A stretch of DNA of 64,000 nt, taken from the NCBI GenBank assembly GCA_016718655.1, contig JADKCV010000001.1, positions 139,330 to 203,329 of the forward strand, in the 5' to 3' direction. The stretch comes from Flavobacteriales bacterium (GTDB lineage Bacteria > Bacteroidota > Bacteroidia > Flavobacteriales_F > PHOS-HE28). A model generated the notes under the pieces. It was given only the letters and a program-made list of their open reading frames with translations, searched no databases and had not been told where the DNA came from. A program made the translations under genes and the position numbers. Positions 28,514 through 38,603 of the stretch are shown here, piece by piece (within the stretch, counting starts at the first letter, position 1; each line of letters starts with the position of its first letter).

Positions 28514-30967
28514 TCAGTCGATCTCCTTACGCCACAATCGACGGGCGGTCACGTAGGTGGCCAACGTCACGAAACCGACAACGGTCACCGAACTGAGCGG
28601 CATGAGGATGGCCGCGATGAGCGGTGTCAGTTTTCCAGCCACTGCGTAGGAAACACCCGTCACGTTATACATCAACGATAAGCCGAGCGAAGCGACCACG
28701 ATCCGCCGCGCACGCCGGGCCAGCATGAGGGCCTGAGGCAAACGGTCCAAGCTACGCGCATCCAGAATGGCATCACTGGCCGGGGTCAATGCCGCACTGG
28801 TCTCGCTCACCGTCATTCCCACATCGCTTTGTGCCAAAGCACCGGCATCGTTGAGACCATCGCCTACCATCATCACGCGCGCGCCCTTGGACTGCAGCTG
28901 TTCGCACAAAGGCGGATTCTGACCAGGCGAACAGGCCGTGTGCATGTGGTCCGGGTTGAAGACCGCAGCCACCTCGGCATCCACATTGGTATCACCGGTC
29001 AGCAGGTGCGTAGCGGCATGACCCTGCATTCCGTTCACAGCGTTCGCCATACCTGAACGCGCCCGTTTGCGCACAGCGAAACATCCACGGTACATACCAC
29101 CGATCGCGATGTGCACCTGCGCCTCACCGGGTTCCACCGGGGCAGCCATGCCCCCGGTGTGCAGGGCGGAACCGATGCGCACGCGCGAACCGCGTACCGT
29201 GCCTTCGATCCCCTGTCCGGCGTGTTCCTCCACCTCGATGGCATCGGTGACGACCGGCTTCAACGCCTGGTAGAGGACCGCGCTCAAAGGATGTGCACTG
29301 TTGCGGGCAAGGGATCTCACTCGCTGCTCTTCATCGGCGGTGAGTGGTCGTCCGATGAAGCGCAGCTCATAGGCCTCGCGGGCCGTAAGCGTTCCTGTCT
29401 TATCGAAGACCACCGTGTTCACATGCGCCATGCGTTCCACCACCTCGGCATCGCGCAGGAACACGCCACGGTTGCCCAACAGGCGCATGGTGTGCCCGTA
29501 GGTGAAAGGCATGCTCAATGCGAGGGCACATGGGCAGGCCACGATGAGCACCGCAGTGACCACAGGCCAGACCATGGCGGCATCACGCCCGGCCCAGTAT
29601 ACGCCGGCAACAATGCTGATAAGAATGACCGCGACCGTGAATCGCTTGGCCACGGCGTCGATAATGCGCGGCATGGCAGGTCGTTGGGCAGCACTCGCTC
29701 CGGCGTGTTCCTCCCAGAGGCGCTTGAGGTGGCTCTGTTGGAAAGGCCGCAGCACTTCCACCTCGATCGCCGCACCGCGCTGCCGGCCTCCCGCACGTAT
29801 GGTCTCACCCACAGCACGGCGCATGGGCAAGGTCTCGCCGGTGATGAAGCTGTTGTCGATATTGCCGATCCCCGCGCGCAACACACCGTCCACGGGAATG
29901 AGTTCCTGATCCCGTACCACGATATGGTCACCCTGGACCAGATCGCCCACGCTCACCGCCTCCTCCAACTCGCCACGCTTGCGCAACACCACCAGCGGCA
30001 GGAAGTCCGAAAGGGTGCGATCGAAGCTCAAGGCCTGATAGGTGTAGGCCTGGTACCAGCGGCCGACCAGAAGGAAGAATACCAATCCAGCGAGGGAATC
30101 GAAGTAGCCAGGGCCGATGTCGAACACCACATCGGCCGTGCTGCGGAGGAAAAGCGCGAGGATCCCCAAGGCGATGGGCTGATCGATGTTCACTTGGCGC
30201 GTGCGGATACCCGCCCAGGCCGAAGTGAAGAAGTCGGTGCTGGAGAAGAGCAACACCGGGACCGAGAAGGCGAGGCTCAGATATTGGAAGCCTTTCAACA
30301 GGAGGTGATCGCTACCGTCGGCACCGAGGTACTCCGGAAAGCTGAAGAGCATGATGTTACCGAACGCGAACGCGGCGATGCCGAGCTTCACGTACAGCAT
30401 GCGGGGAACACCTGCGCCGCGCTTACCGCTCTTCTCACCGGCACGGTCCAATAGAGGTGCGTAGCCGATTCGACGCAACAGTTCGACCAGGGCCCGTAGG
30501 CTCAGCTGTGATTCCCGGAAGGTGATACTCAACTCCTTCTCCGAGAATCGGACACGCGAACGAATGATGGCGGATTCCACGCGTTGCAGGTTCTCCAGCA
30601 ACCAGATGCAGCTGCTGCAGTGCATTTGCGGGATGTTCAGCGTCACACGGGTGATCCCGTCCTCACTGTACTCCACCAGTTTGTCCCGCACCTCGGCCAG
30701 ATCGAAGAGCTCCGGCCTTAGCTCCGTGGTGTCGCGCTCCTCCTTCACCCCGGGTTGTTCGGTGAGCTCGTAATAATCGCACAGGCCGCTCTCCTGCAAC
30801 AGGCCATAGACCGCCTTGCAGCCTTGGCAGCAGAAGTCCTTCTCATCGAACCGCAGATGGTCCTCCTTGCACGCGTCGCCGCAGTGGAAACACGTGGTCT
30901 TTTGCGCGATGTGTTGTTGCACGTGACAAAAGTCAGGTGGGGTGCTTCGGTAGGACATGACGAACAT
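28514..30967 (-). CDS. ccoI: heavy-metal (copper) translocating P-type ATPase CcoI/FixI
   Basis: N-terminal CxxC pairs, CPC metal site (VACPCALALS), DKTGTLT phosphorylation site, GDGLND hinge. Confidence 0.9.
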   Translation of the reverse strand: MFVMSYRSTPPDFCHVQQHIAQKTTCFHCGDACKEDHLRFDEKDFCCQGCKAVYGLLQESGLCDYYELTEQPGVKEERDTTELRPELFDLAEVRDKLVEYSEDGITRVTLNIPQMHCSSCIWLLENLQRVESAIIRSRVRFSEKELSITFRESQLSLRALVELLRRIGYAPLLDRAGEKSGKRGAGVPRMLYVKLGIAAFAFGNIMLFSFPEYLGADGSDHLLLKGFQYLSLAFSVPVLLFSSTDFFTSAWAGIRTRQVNIDQPIALGILALFLRSTADVVFDIGPGYFDSLAGLVFFLLVGRWYQAYTYQALSFDRTLSDFLPLVVLRKRGELEEAVSVGDLVQGDHIVVRDQELIPVDGVLRAGIGNIDNSFITGETLPMRRAVGETIRAGGRQRGAAIEVEVLRPFQQSHLKRLWEEHAGASAAQRPAMPRIIDAVAKRFTVAVILISIVAGVYWAGRDAAMVWPVVTAVLIVACPCALALSMPFTYGHTMRLLGNRGVFLRDAEVVERMAHVNTVVFDKTGTLTAREAYELRFIGRPLTADEEQRVRSLARNSAHPLSAVLYQALKPVVTDAIEVEEHAGQGIEGTVRGSRVRIGSALHTGGMAAPVEPGEAQVHIAIGGMYRGCFAVRKRARSGMANAVNGMQGHAATHLLTGDTNVDAEVAAVFNPDHMHTACSPGQNPPLCEQLQSKGARVMMVGDGLNDAGALAQSDVGMTVSETSAALTPASDAILDARSLDRLPQALMLARRARRIVVASLGLSLMYNVTGVSYAVAGKLTPLIAAILMPLSSVTVVGFVTLATYVTARRLWRKEID

Positions 30968-31041
30968 CAGGCTGTTCGCAGGGGGGGCGGTCGTAGGGCG
31001 ATGACCGGTACAATGCCCCTTCTACCTTTGGCGCATCGACC

Positions 31042-31829
31042 ATGGGTGATCATCTGCGGCAGATCGGCAGCTACCTCGGGCACCTGGTGAAGGCGCGCAA
31101 CCGGCATGGCGTGCATAGTCCTTTCGTGTACGAACTGATCACCCAGGTATTGCGTTCGGGTGGTGACAGGCCCGAGTTCACCGCGATCGAACAGGCACGG
31201 ACCGAACTCTTGGTGAGCGAACAAACGATCCGGGTGAACGACCTGGGTGCTGGTTCCCGGGTGTTCGACCTCCCCGTGCGCCGTGTGTCGGACATCACCC
31301 GGTCGGCGGTGAAGGCACCCAGACAGGCGCAACTACTTTTCCGGCTGGCACGATACCTTGACGCGGGCACTGTGGTGGAACTGGGAACCTCCTTCGGCAT
31401 CAGCACGCTCTATCTGGCGCGCGGTGCCGAGAACGGCGTGGTCCATACCATCGAGGGTTGTCCGCAGACCTACCGCATCGCACAGCACCATTTCGAATTG
31501 CTCGAACAGCGCAACATCGAACCCCTCCTCGGCAGTTTCCGCAAACGTCTTCCTGAAGTGTTGGAACAGTTGGATCCATTGACCTGGTGTTCCTCGATGG
31601 GCATCATGCCAAGGAACCCACCCTGGAGTATTTCGACTTGTGCCTACAACGGTCGCACAACGATACTGTTCTAGTGCTCGACGACATCCACTGGAGCCGA
31701 GGCATGGAAGAGGCTTGGATCGCCATCAAGGGTCATCCGCGGGTGACGGTGACCATCGACCTGTATAGCATGGGGTTGGTCTTCCTGCGCACCGAACAGG
31801 CCAAGGAGCATTTCGTGCTGCGCTATTGA
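31042..31829 (+). CDS. class I SAM-dependent O-methyltransferase (apparent frameshift near 31590)
   Basis: The N-part carries VVELGTSFGISTLYLA in one frame. The C-part (DLVFLDGHHAKEPTLEYFDLCLQ...LVLDDIHWSRGM) is in another frame. They join at GGATCC 31583-31588. Confidence 0.7.
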
Positions 31830-31917
31830 TCGCGCGCGGTCGCTCCTGCCGATCGGGTGGATCGACGCACAACCCAGCCCCGCCGTCGTTACTTAGCGGA
31901 CCATAAACTGCTGCACC

Positions 31918-32469
31918 ATGAAGATCTACACCCGCACCGGCGACCAGGGCACCACGGGCCTGCTCGGTGGCGCCCGAGTGGGCAAGGACAACCTCCGGAT
32001 CGAAGCATATGGCACGGTGGACGAGTTGAACAGCCACATCGGCATGCTCATCGATCTCTCGAACGGCCACCAAGCGGGGTTATTGGACACGGTGCAGCAT
32101 ACCCTGTTCGTCATCGGCAGTCGCTTGGCGAGCAGCAGCGAAGAGGAGGCCACCCGGTTCCACGTGCCCACGATCACCGATGCGGACATCAACGCGCTGG
32201 AACATGCCATGGACACCATGGATCGCGACCTGGAGCCCATGCGCAATTTCATCCTACCCGGTGGTCATCCGGCCATCTCCCAAGCGCATATCTGCCGCAC
32301 CGTATGCCGCCGTGCCGAACGGCGCGTGGTCCATCTGGCCGCCGAGGAGCCATTGCCCGAAGTGGTGGTGCGTTACCTCAATCGCTTGTCCGACCTGCTC
32401 TTCGTGCTGGCGCGCCATCTGGGAAAGGTGCATGGGGTCGCCGACCGTCCATGGCTGCCGAGGGGCTGA
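31918..32469 (+). CDS. ATP:cob(I)alamin adenosyltransferase, PduO type
   Basis: MKIYTRTGDQGTTGL N-terminus and the conserved helical bundle. Confidence 0.85.
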   Translation: MKIYTRTGDQGTTGLLGGARVGKDNLRIEAYGTVDELNSHIGMLIDLSNGHQAGLLDTVQHTLFVIGSRLASSSEEEATRFHVPTITDADINALEHAMDTMDRDLEPMRNFILPGGHPAISQAHICRTVCRRAERRVVHLAAEEPLPEVVVRYLNRLSDLLFVLARHLGKVHGVADRPWLPRG

Positions 32470-32534
32470 GAATGCCCGTTGACCGCGGGTTCCACCGCCG
32501 GTTGATAAGTCACTGTCCGACCGATCGTGTTCCG

Positions 32535-32548
32535 TCTATATTTGCGGC
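32535..32548 (+). promoter_or_regulatory. Bacteroidota sigma-A -7 element (TAnnTTTG) upstream of the DUF2795 gene
   Basis: CTATATTTGCGGCC is identical to the 14-mer upstream of tRNA-Val; a TTG lies about 30 nt upstream. Confidence 0.5.
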
Positions 32549-32578
32549 CAATTTCACGGACCCTAACACGGCCTATCG

Positions 32579-32800
32579 ATGTACTGGACACTGGAACTCG
32601 CCTCCTACTTGGAGGATGCACCTTGGCCCGCCACCAAGGATGAATTGATCGACTTCGCGATGCGGACCGGCGCTCCTTTGGAAGTGGTGGAGAACCTGCA
32701 GGCCATCGAGGATGATGAGGAGATCTTCGAATCCATCGAGGACATCTGGCCGGACTACCCATCGAAGGAGGACTTCTTCTTCAACGAGGACGAGTATTGA
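32579..32800 (+). CDS. DUF2795-family small acidic protein
   Basis: LASYLEDAPWPATKDELIDFAMRTGAPLEVVENLQAIEDDEE pattern typical of DUF2795. Confidence 0.55.
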   Translation: MYWTLELASYLEDAPWPATKDELIDFAMRTGAPLEVVENLQAIEDDEEIFESIEDIWPDYPSKEDFFFNEDEY

Positions 32801-32819
32801 GCCGCTCACACGGTACTGG

Positions 32820-32852
32820 AAAGCCCCCCGCCAACACGGGGGGTTTTTCATT
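32820..32852 (+). terminator. rho-independent terminator
   Basis: AAAGCCCCCCG-ccaaca-CGGGGGGTTTTTCATT. Confidence 0.7.
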
Positions 32853-33028
32853 GCGACCGGCGGTTGCTGCCGCAATGGCAGACCCGGATGCTTGGCCCGG
32901 TCCGTGCTAGGGCGGTACCCGTTACCTTTGCCACCCTTCAAGAACCGGAGCCACCGCACACCAGCACTGCCAGCCGGTCGATCACCGACCACCGCGCGAA
33001 AGGCTCCCTCATCATCCCCCCTCCGACC

Positions 33029-36000
33029 ATGATCGGCATCCTGACCAAAGCCCTCAAGAACGTCTTCGGCGACAAGGCCACCCGCGACCTCAAGGAGGTG
33101 ATGCCCTTGGTGGAGCGTTGCAAGGCCGAATTCGCCAAGCTCGATGGCCTTTCCCACAATGAGCTCCGCGATCGCACTCAGCAACTGAAAGCCCGAATTG
33201 CCGAGGCCACCCGCGAGGACGACGCCAAGGTGGAGGCCCTGCGTGCAGAGATCGATGCCGACCCGCAAATGGACATCCACGAGCGTGAGCGCCGCTATGA
33301 GGACATCGACAAGATCCAGAAGAACGGTCTCGGAAAGATCGAAGAGGTGCTGCTGGAGATCCTTCCCGAAGCGTTCGCCGTGGTGAAGGAGACCGCACGT
33401 CGGTTCAAGGAGAACACCGAAGATCCGGGTGAAGGCCACCCAGTTGGACCGCGACCTGGCCCTTCGCCGTCCCGATTCCATCCGGATCGAGGGCGATGAG
33501 GCCATCTGGAAGAACAACTGGATCGCCGCAGGCAATACCGTCACCTGGGACATGCTGCACTACGATGTGCAGCTCATTGGCGGGGTGGCCCTGCACAAGG
33601 GAAGGATCGCCGAGATGGGCACCGGTGAGGGAAAGACCTTGGTGAGCACGTTGCCCGTATTCCTCAACGCCCTCGCGGGCCGCGGGGTGCATGTAGTGAC
33701 CGTGAACGACTACCTCGCCAAGCGTGATGCAGAATGGATGGGTCCCTTGCACGAGTTCCATGGCATGCGGGTGGACTGCATCGACAAGCACCAGCCGAAC
33801 AGCCCCGAGCGCCGCAACGCCTACCTGGCCGACATCACCTACGGCACCAACAACGAATTCGGCTTCGACTACCTGCGCGACAACATGGCCCATGCGCCCA
33901 GCGCACTTGTCCAGCGTAAGCACCACTTCGCCATCGTGGACGAAGTGGATAGCGTATTGGTGGACGACGCGCGGACACCACTCATCATCAGCGGCCCCAC
34001 ACCCAAGGGTGATGTGCACCAGTTCGATGAGTACAAGCCGCGGGTGGAGAAGCTCTACAACGCGCAGCGCCAATTGGTGACGCGCTTGTTGAGCGAAGCC
34101 AAGGAACAACTGAAGGGCCTATCGGACGGTACGGCCAACAAGGATCAGCTGGAGCGCGGTGGCATGGCCCTGCTTCGTGCCTACCGCGGCCTGCCCAAGA
34201 ACAGTGCACTGATCAAGTTCCTCAGCGAGGCCGGCGTGCGCGCGCACTTGCAGAAGACCGAGAACAACTACCTGCAGGACCAGGGCAAGGATATGCCCAA
34301 GGTGGATGTGGAACTCTACTTCACCATCGACGAGAAGCAGCACGGTATCGAACTCACCGAGAAGGGCGTGGACCTGATAAGTGGTGACATGAACGATGTG
34401 TCCTTCTTCATCATGCCCGATGTGGGAGGCACCATCGCCGAGATCGAGAAGAGCGGCGCCGCCACCGAAGAGAAGGCCCGTCGCAAGGACGAACTGCTGC
34501 GCGACTTCGGCATCAAGAGCGAACGCATCCACACCGTGAACCAACTGGTACGCGCCTATGCCCTCTACGAGAAGGACGTGGAGTACGTGGTGATGGACGG
34601 CAAGGTGAAGATCGTGGACGAGCAGACCGGCCGGATCCTGGAAGGGCGCCGCTACAGCGATGGGCTGCACCAGGCGATCGAGAGCAAGGAGAAGGTGAAG
34701 GTGGAGGCGGCCACGCAGACCTACGCCACCGTGACCCTGCAGAACTACTTCCGCATGTACCACAAGCTGGCCGGTATGACCGGTACGGCCGAGACGGAGG
34801 CACAGGAACTGTGGGACATCTACAAGCTGGACGTGATGGTGATCCCCACCAACCGCCCGGTGGTGCGGAAGGATGCGGAGGACATGGTCTTCAAGACCAA
34901 GCGCGAGAAGTACAACGCCGTGATCGACGAGATCGTGGCGTTGCGCGAAGCGGGCCGGCCCACGCTCGTGGGAACCACCAGTGTCGAAGTGAGCGAGCTG
35001 GTGAGCCGCATGCTCAAACTGCGGAACATCCCGCACAACGTGTTGAACGCGAAGCAGCACCAGCGCGAAGCCGAGATCGTGCAGGAAGCGGGGATGGCTG
35101 GCACCGTCACCATCGCCACCAACATGGCCGGCCGGGGTACCGACATCAAGCTGGGGCCCGGCGTGAAGGAGGCCGGTGGTCTGGCCATCATCGGCACGGA
35201 GAAGCACGAGAGCCGGCGGGTGGACCGCCAATTGCGCGGTCGCGCCGGTCGCCAGGGCGACCCCGGCAGCAGCCAGTTCTACGTGAGCTTGGAGGATGAC
35301 CTGATGCGCCTGTTCAACAGCGAACGCATCGCCAAACTGATGGACCGCCTGGGCCTCAAGGAGGGCGAGGTGATCCAGCACAGCATGGTCACCGCCAGCA
35401 TCGAACGGGCCCAGAAGAAGGTGGAGGAGAACAACTTCGGCATCCGTAAGCGCCTGTTGGAGTATGACGACGTGATGAACAGCCAACGCACCGTGATCTA
35501 CAAGCGGCGCCACCATGCGTTGTTCGGCGAGCGGTTGAAGTTGGACATCCTCAACATGTTCTACGAAGTGGCACAGGGCATGGTGAACGAATACCATGCG
35601 GTGGGCGACTTCGACGGCTTCCAGCTGGAGATGTTCCGTCGCTTCTCGGCGGAATCACCGGTGGATGAGGAAGGCTTCCGCAAGGTGAAGGCCGAAGAGC
35701 TCACGGAACAGGTGTACGAGGCGGCCATCGCCACCTATGCGCGCCACAACCAGACACTGGCCGCACAGGCCATGCCGGTGATCACCGATGTGTTCCTCAA
35801 CCAAGGACAGCAGTACGAGAACATCGTTGTGCCGATCACCGATGGTTTGAAGACCATGCAAGTGGTGGCCAACCTGCAGCGCTGCTACAAGAGCCAGGGC
35901 CTGGAGCTCTCGGCGAGCATCGAGAAGTACATCACGCTCGCCATCATCGACAACGAGTGGAAGGAGCACCTGCGCGAGATGGACGAACTGCGCCGCAGCG

Positions 36001-36417
36001 TGCAGAACGCCGCCATTGAGCAGAAGGACCCGCTGCTGATCTACAAGCTGGAGAGCTTCAACCTCTTCAAGGCCATGATCGAGCGCATCAACGGCGATAT
36101 CGTCGGCTTCCTGAGCAAGGCAGGGCTGCCCTCGGCCCAGCCCCAAGTGCAGGAGGCACCTGCCCCCCGCGCCCCCGCAGCAACGCGTGGAGACCAGCCG
36201 CACGGAGGTACCGCAATACAGCTCCTCCAGTGCCAGCGCCCCTCGCCCCACAACGGGAGCTCCCGCTCCCGGTCGCGGACCGATGCCACCGCAACCAGCA
36301 GGCCCTCCCCGCCCCCCCGCCACCCCTGTGCGGGTCGACAAGGCTCCGGGCCGCAATGACCCTTGCCCTTGTGGTAGCGGCAAGAAGTACAAGCAGTGCC
36401 ACGGGCAGGGCGCCTGA
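33029..36417 (+). CDS. secA: preprotein translocase ATPase SecA (two apparent frameshifts)
   Basis: The N-terminus [24 protein letters not shown]...[11 protein letters not shown] is in one frame. The body from [13 protein letters not shown] through GEGKTLV and the DEAD-like motifs to the C-terminal region is in a second frame. The terminal Zn-finger tail [16 protein letters not shown] is in a third frame. Joins lie near 33425 and 36150-36200. Confidence 0.85.
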
Positions 36418-36429
36418 GCACGACCCACT

Positions 36430-36483
36430 GAACAGCCGAAGGCCCCCGATCGCTCGGGGGCCTTCTTGCTTATGGTGTATGGA
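36430..36483 (+). repeat. ~50-nt repeated hairpin element, copy 1 (downstream of secA)
   Basis: GAACAGCCGAAGGCCCCCGATCGCTCGGGGGCCTTCTTGCTTATGGTGTATGGA; a near-identical copy lies at 44807-44860. Confidence 0.6.
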
Positions 36484-36546
36484 TGTTGGGAACGCCTGAA
36501 CGAAGGACAGTCCCACTCAGTGCGGCCGGGAGGTGGACAGCGGCAA

Positions 36547-36877
36547 CTACTCCACCACCACCCGCCCCCGCCTTACCCCTTGCGCCTCCTGCACACGCAA
36601 CAGGTACACCCCGGCGGGCAGGGCGCTCTGCACCGTGTGGCTGTGTGTGCCTGGGCGCAGCAGCTGCGTATGCACCACGCGGCCGATGGCATCCAACAGC
36701 TCCAGCGGGGCCGGAGCTTTTAGCGGTAGCTCCAAGGTGAAGGTGCCGCCGGCGGGGTTGGGGTAAGGCTGCAGAGGGGGTAGTGCCCTGCGCTCGGCGA
36801 TGCCCACATCCAGGCCGTACAAGCGGCTGATGAAGCGCTGTTGCGGGTAATAGGTGGCGCCGTCATGGTAGCCGTGG
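36547..36877. repeat. ~330-bp near-identical 3' gene module (copy 1), shared with 38273-38603
   Basis: DNA about 94% identical by eye to 38273-38603; encodes the last ~110 aa (DGATYYPQQRFISRLYGLDVGIAERRALPPLQPYPNPAGG...VVVE) of both paralogs. Confidence 0.7.
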
Positions 36878-38039
36878 TAGGCGCCGTAGATGTAGTAACT
36901 GCCATCGGGGGCGGGAGTGATACCTTTGAGGTAGCGGTTGTTGACAATGGGTGAATTTTCATAATCACCGCAGAAAGCTCCCTCGAACTGATCCGTCAGC
37001 AAGGTCCCATTTGACTCCAGCATCGCTATACAACCGTGTTCGTGTTCGTTGACAAATTCAAAGTTGCCCACCACTATCATTCTGCCATCATTTAAAACAT
37101 GTACGTCATTAACGGAAGTTAATGAGGCAAAGAACGTATTAATACGATAATCAAGCAATTGAAATTCCAGATCTAACGACCCATCCGGCAGTAACTTCAG
37201 TAGTGACAAGGTATCCGTGCCGCCCACCAGCTTCATCGCCCCGCCCAGCAGTGCACTGCCATCGGGAAAAGGATGAATGACCTGTACCCAACCGAAGTTG
37301 CTCAACGGGCTTTGGTAGGTGGTATCCAGCGCACCATCGGGGTGGATGCGGAACACCTTGCCTACCGGCTGACCCTCATACTGTGTGCCTTGGGTGCTGC
37401 ACAGGAACTTGCCTTCCACTTCGGGGACCGAGCCCTCTGGGTAAGCCTCGAACTCGAACATGCGACCATTGCTCTGGCGGTGGATGCGGGTGGTGTCCAA
37501 GTAGCCTTCGTTGCTGAACCAGACAAGCGTGTAAATACCTTCAAAATCCCGAACGGTATCGTCCAGCAGGTGCTGTCCACTGAACAGAATTCTCCCATCA
37601 TTGAATATGTGAAAATCACCAGCTTGTAGCGAAGAAAAAAATTCATCTTCAAACATGGGGCCAAAATCGGCATCTACATATCCATTAGATAAAAGACGAC
37701 TAACTTCCTGTCCTGCTATTACGTAATATTTATCATTCCATTTCTTTAATTCACCATTTCCCGTAGTTAATGGAAATGCAGGAAACGTGGCGTTTCTAGA
37801 ACCATCTTCAAATAATTGTATACTACCGTAATAATCATTTAGGTCATTTGAAGTAAAATTTGTCAATCCAGTAACTAATATATTGCTATTATTCATTATT
37901 TGAATTGAAGCCACATAAGAGGAGCTTATCCCTACTTGGAATGACGGGTCCAATTGAAACGCCTGCTGTGCAGAGCTGTTGGTGGCGGCCAAAAAGGCCG
38001 CCACCAACAACAAGCTATGCATGCACTGCGTAAGCATCA
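36547..38039 (-). CDS. delta-60-repeat secreted protein with T9SS C-terminal sorting domain (paralog 1)
   Basis: Signal peptide, repeated LLPDGSLD/DTT(S)F delta-60 motifs, C-terminal CTD YPNPAGGTFTLEL...GVYLLRVQ...RGRVVVE. Confidence 0.65.
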
Positions 38040-38243
38040 GGGCTGTACGATCAGGCGTTCGGTTTGTAGGCGCTTGCCATCCTCCAACAGCTCTACACTG
38101 TACAGGCCCTGCGCCACCTGCCGGGTATCCCATACCAGTTGCACTTCAGGACCATTCACCAGTTCTTGATGCATGATCCGGCCTTGGGCGTCGCGTACTA
38201 CTACCATGGCATCCGTGGGTTCATGGTCCAAGGTAATGGCCAC
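38037..38243 (-). CDS. orphan T9SS CTD-only remnant ORF (68 aa)
   Basis: MAITLDHEPTDAMVVVRDAQGRIMHQELVNGPEVQLVWDTRQVAQGLYSVELLEDGKRLQTERLIVQP has the same CTD ending (LIVQP) as the 1469-aa protein; no upstream passenger domain. Confidence 0.4.
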   Translation of the reverse strand: MAITLDHEPTDAMVVVRDAQGRIMHQELVNGPEVQLVWDTRQVAQGLYSVELLEDGKRLQTERLIVQP

Positions 38244-38272
38244 CTCAGTTTGGCGGGTGACCGTTGCTCGTT

Positions 38273-38603
38273 CTACTCCACCACCACCCGCCCGCGCCTT
38301 ACCCCTTGCGCCTCCTGCACACGCAGCAGGTACACCCCGGCGGGCAGGGCGCTCTGCACCGTGTGGCTGTGTGTGCCTGGGCGCAGCAGCTGCGTATGCA
38401 CCACGCGGCCGCTGGCATCCAACAGCTCCAGCGGGGCCGGGGCGTTCAGCGGTAGCTCCAGGGTGAAGGTGCCGCCGGCGGGGTTGGGATAGGGCTGCAG
38501 CGGGGGCAGCGCCCTGCGCTCGGCGATGCCCACATCCAGCCCGTACAAGCGGCTGATGAAGCGCTGCTGCGGGTAGTTGGTGGTGCCGTCGTGGTAGCCG
38601 TAA
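38273..38603. repeat. ~330-bp near-identical 3' gene module (copy 2)
   Basis: See 36547-36877. Confidence 0.7.

Noticed and set aside
29111-30454. 447-aa plus-strand ORF antisense to the P-type ATPase
   Set aside because: Antisense artefact.
34119-35597. 492-aa minus-strand ORF antisense to secA
   Set aside because: Antisense artefact; secA motifs are on the plus strand.
36547-38603. The ~330-bp direct repeats as an IS element or transposon ends
   Set aside because: The repeats are in-frame 3' coding portions of two paralogous genes (CTD module). There are no terminal inverted repeats and no transposase.
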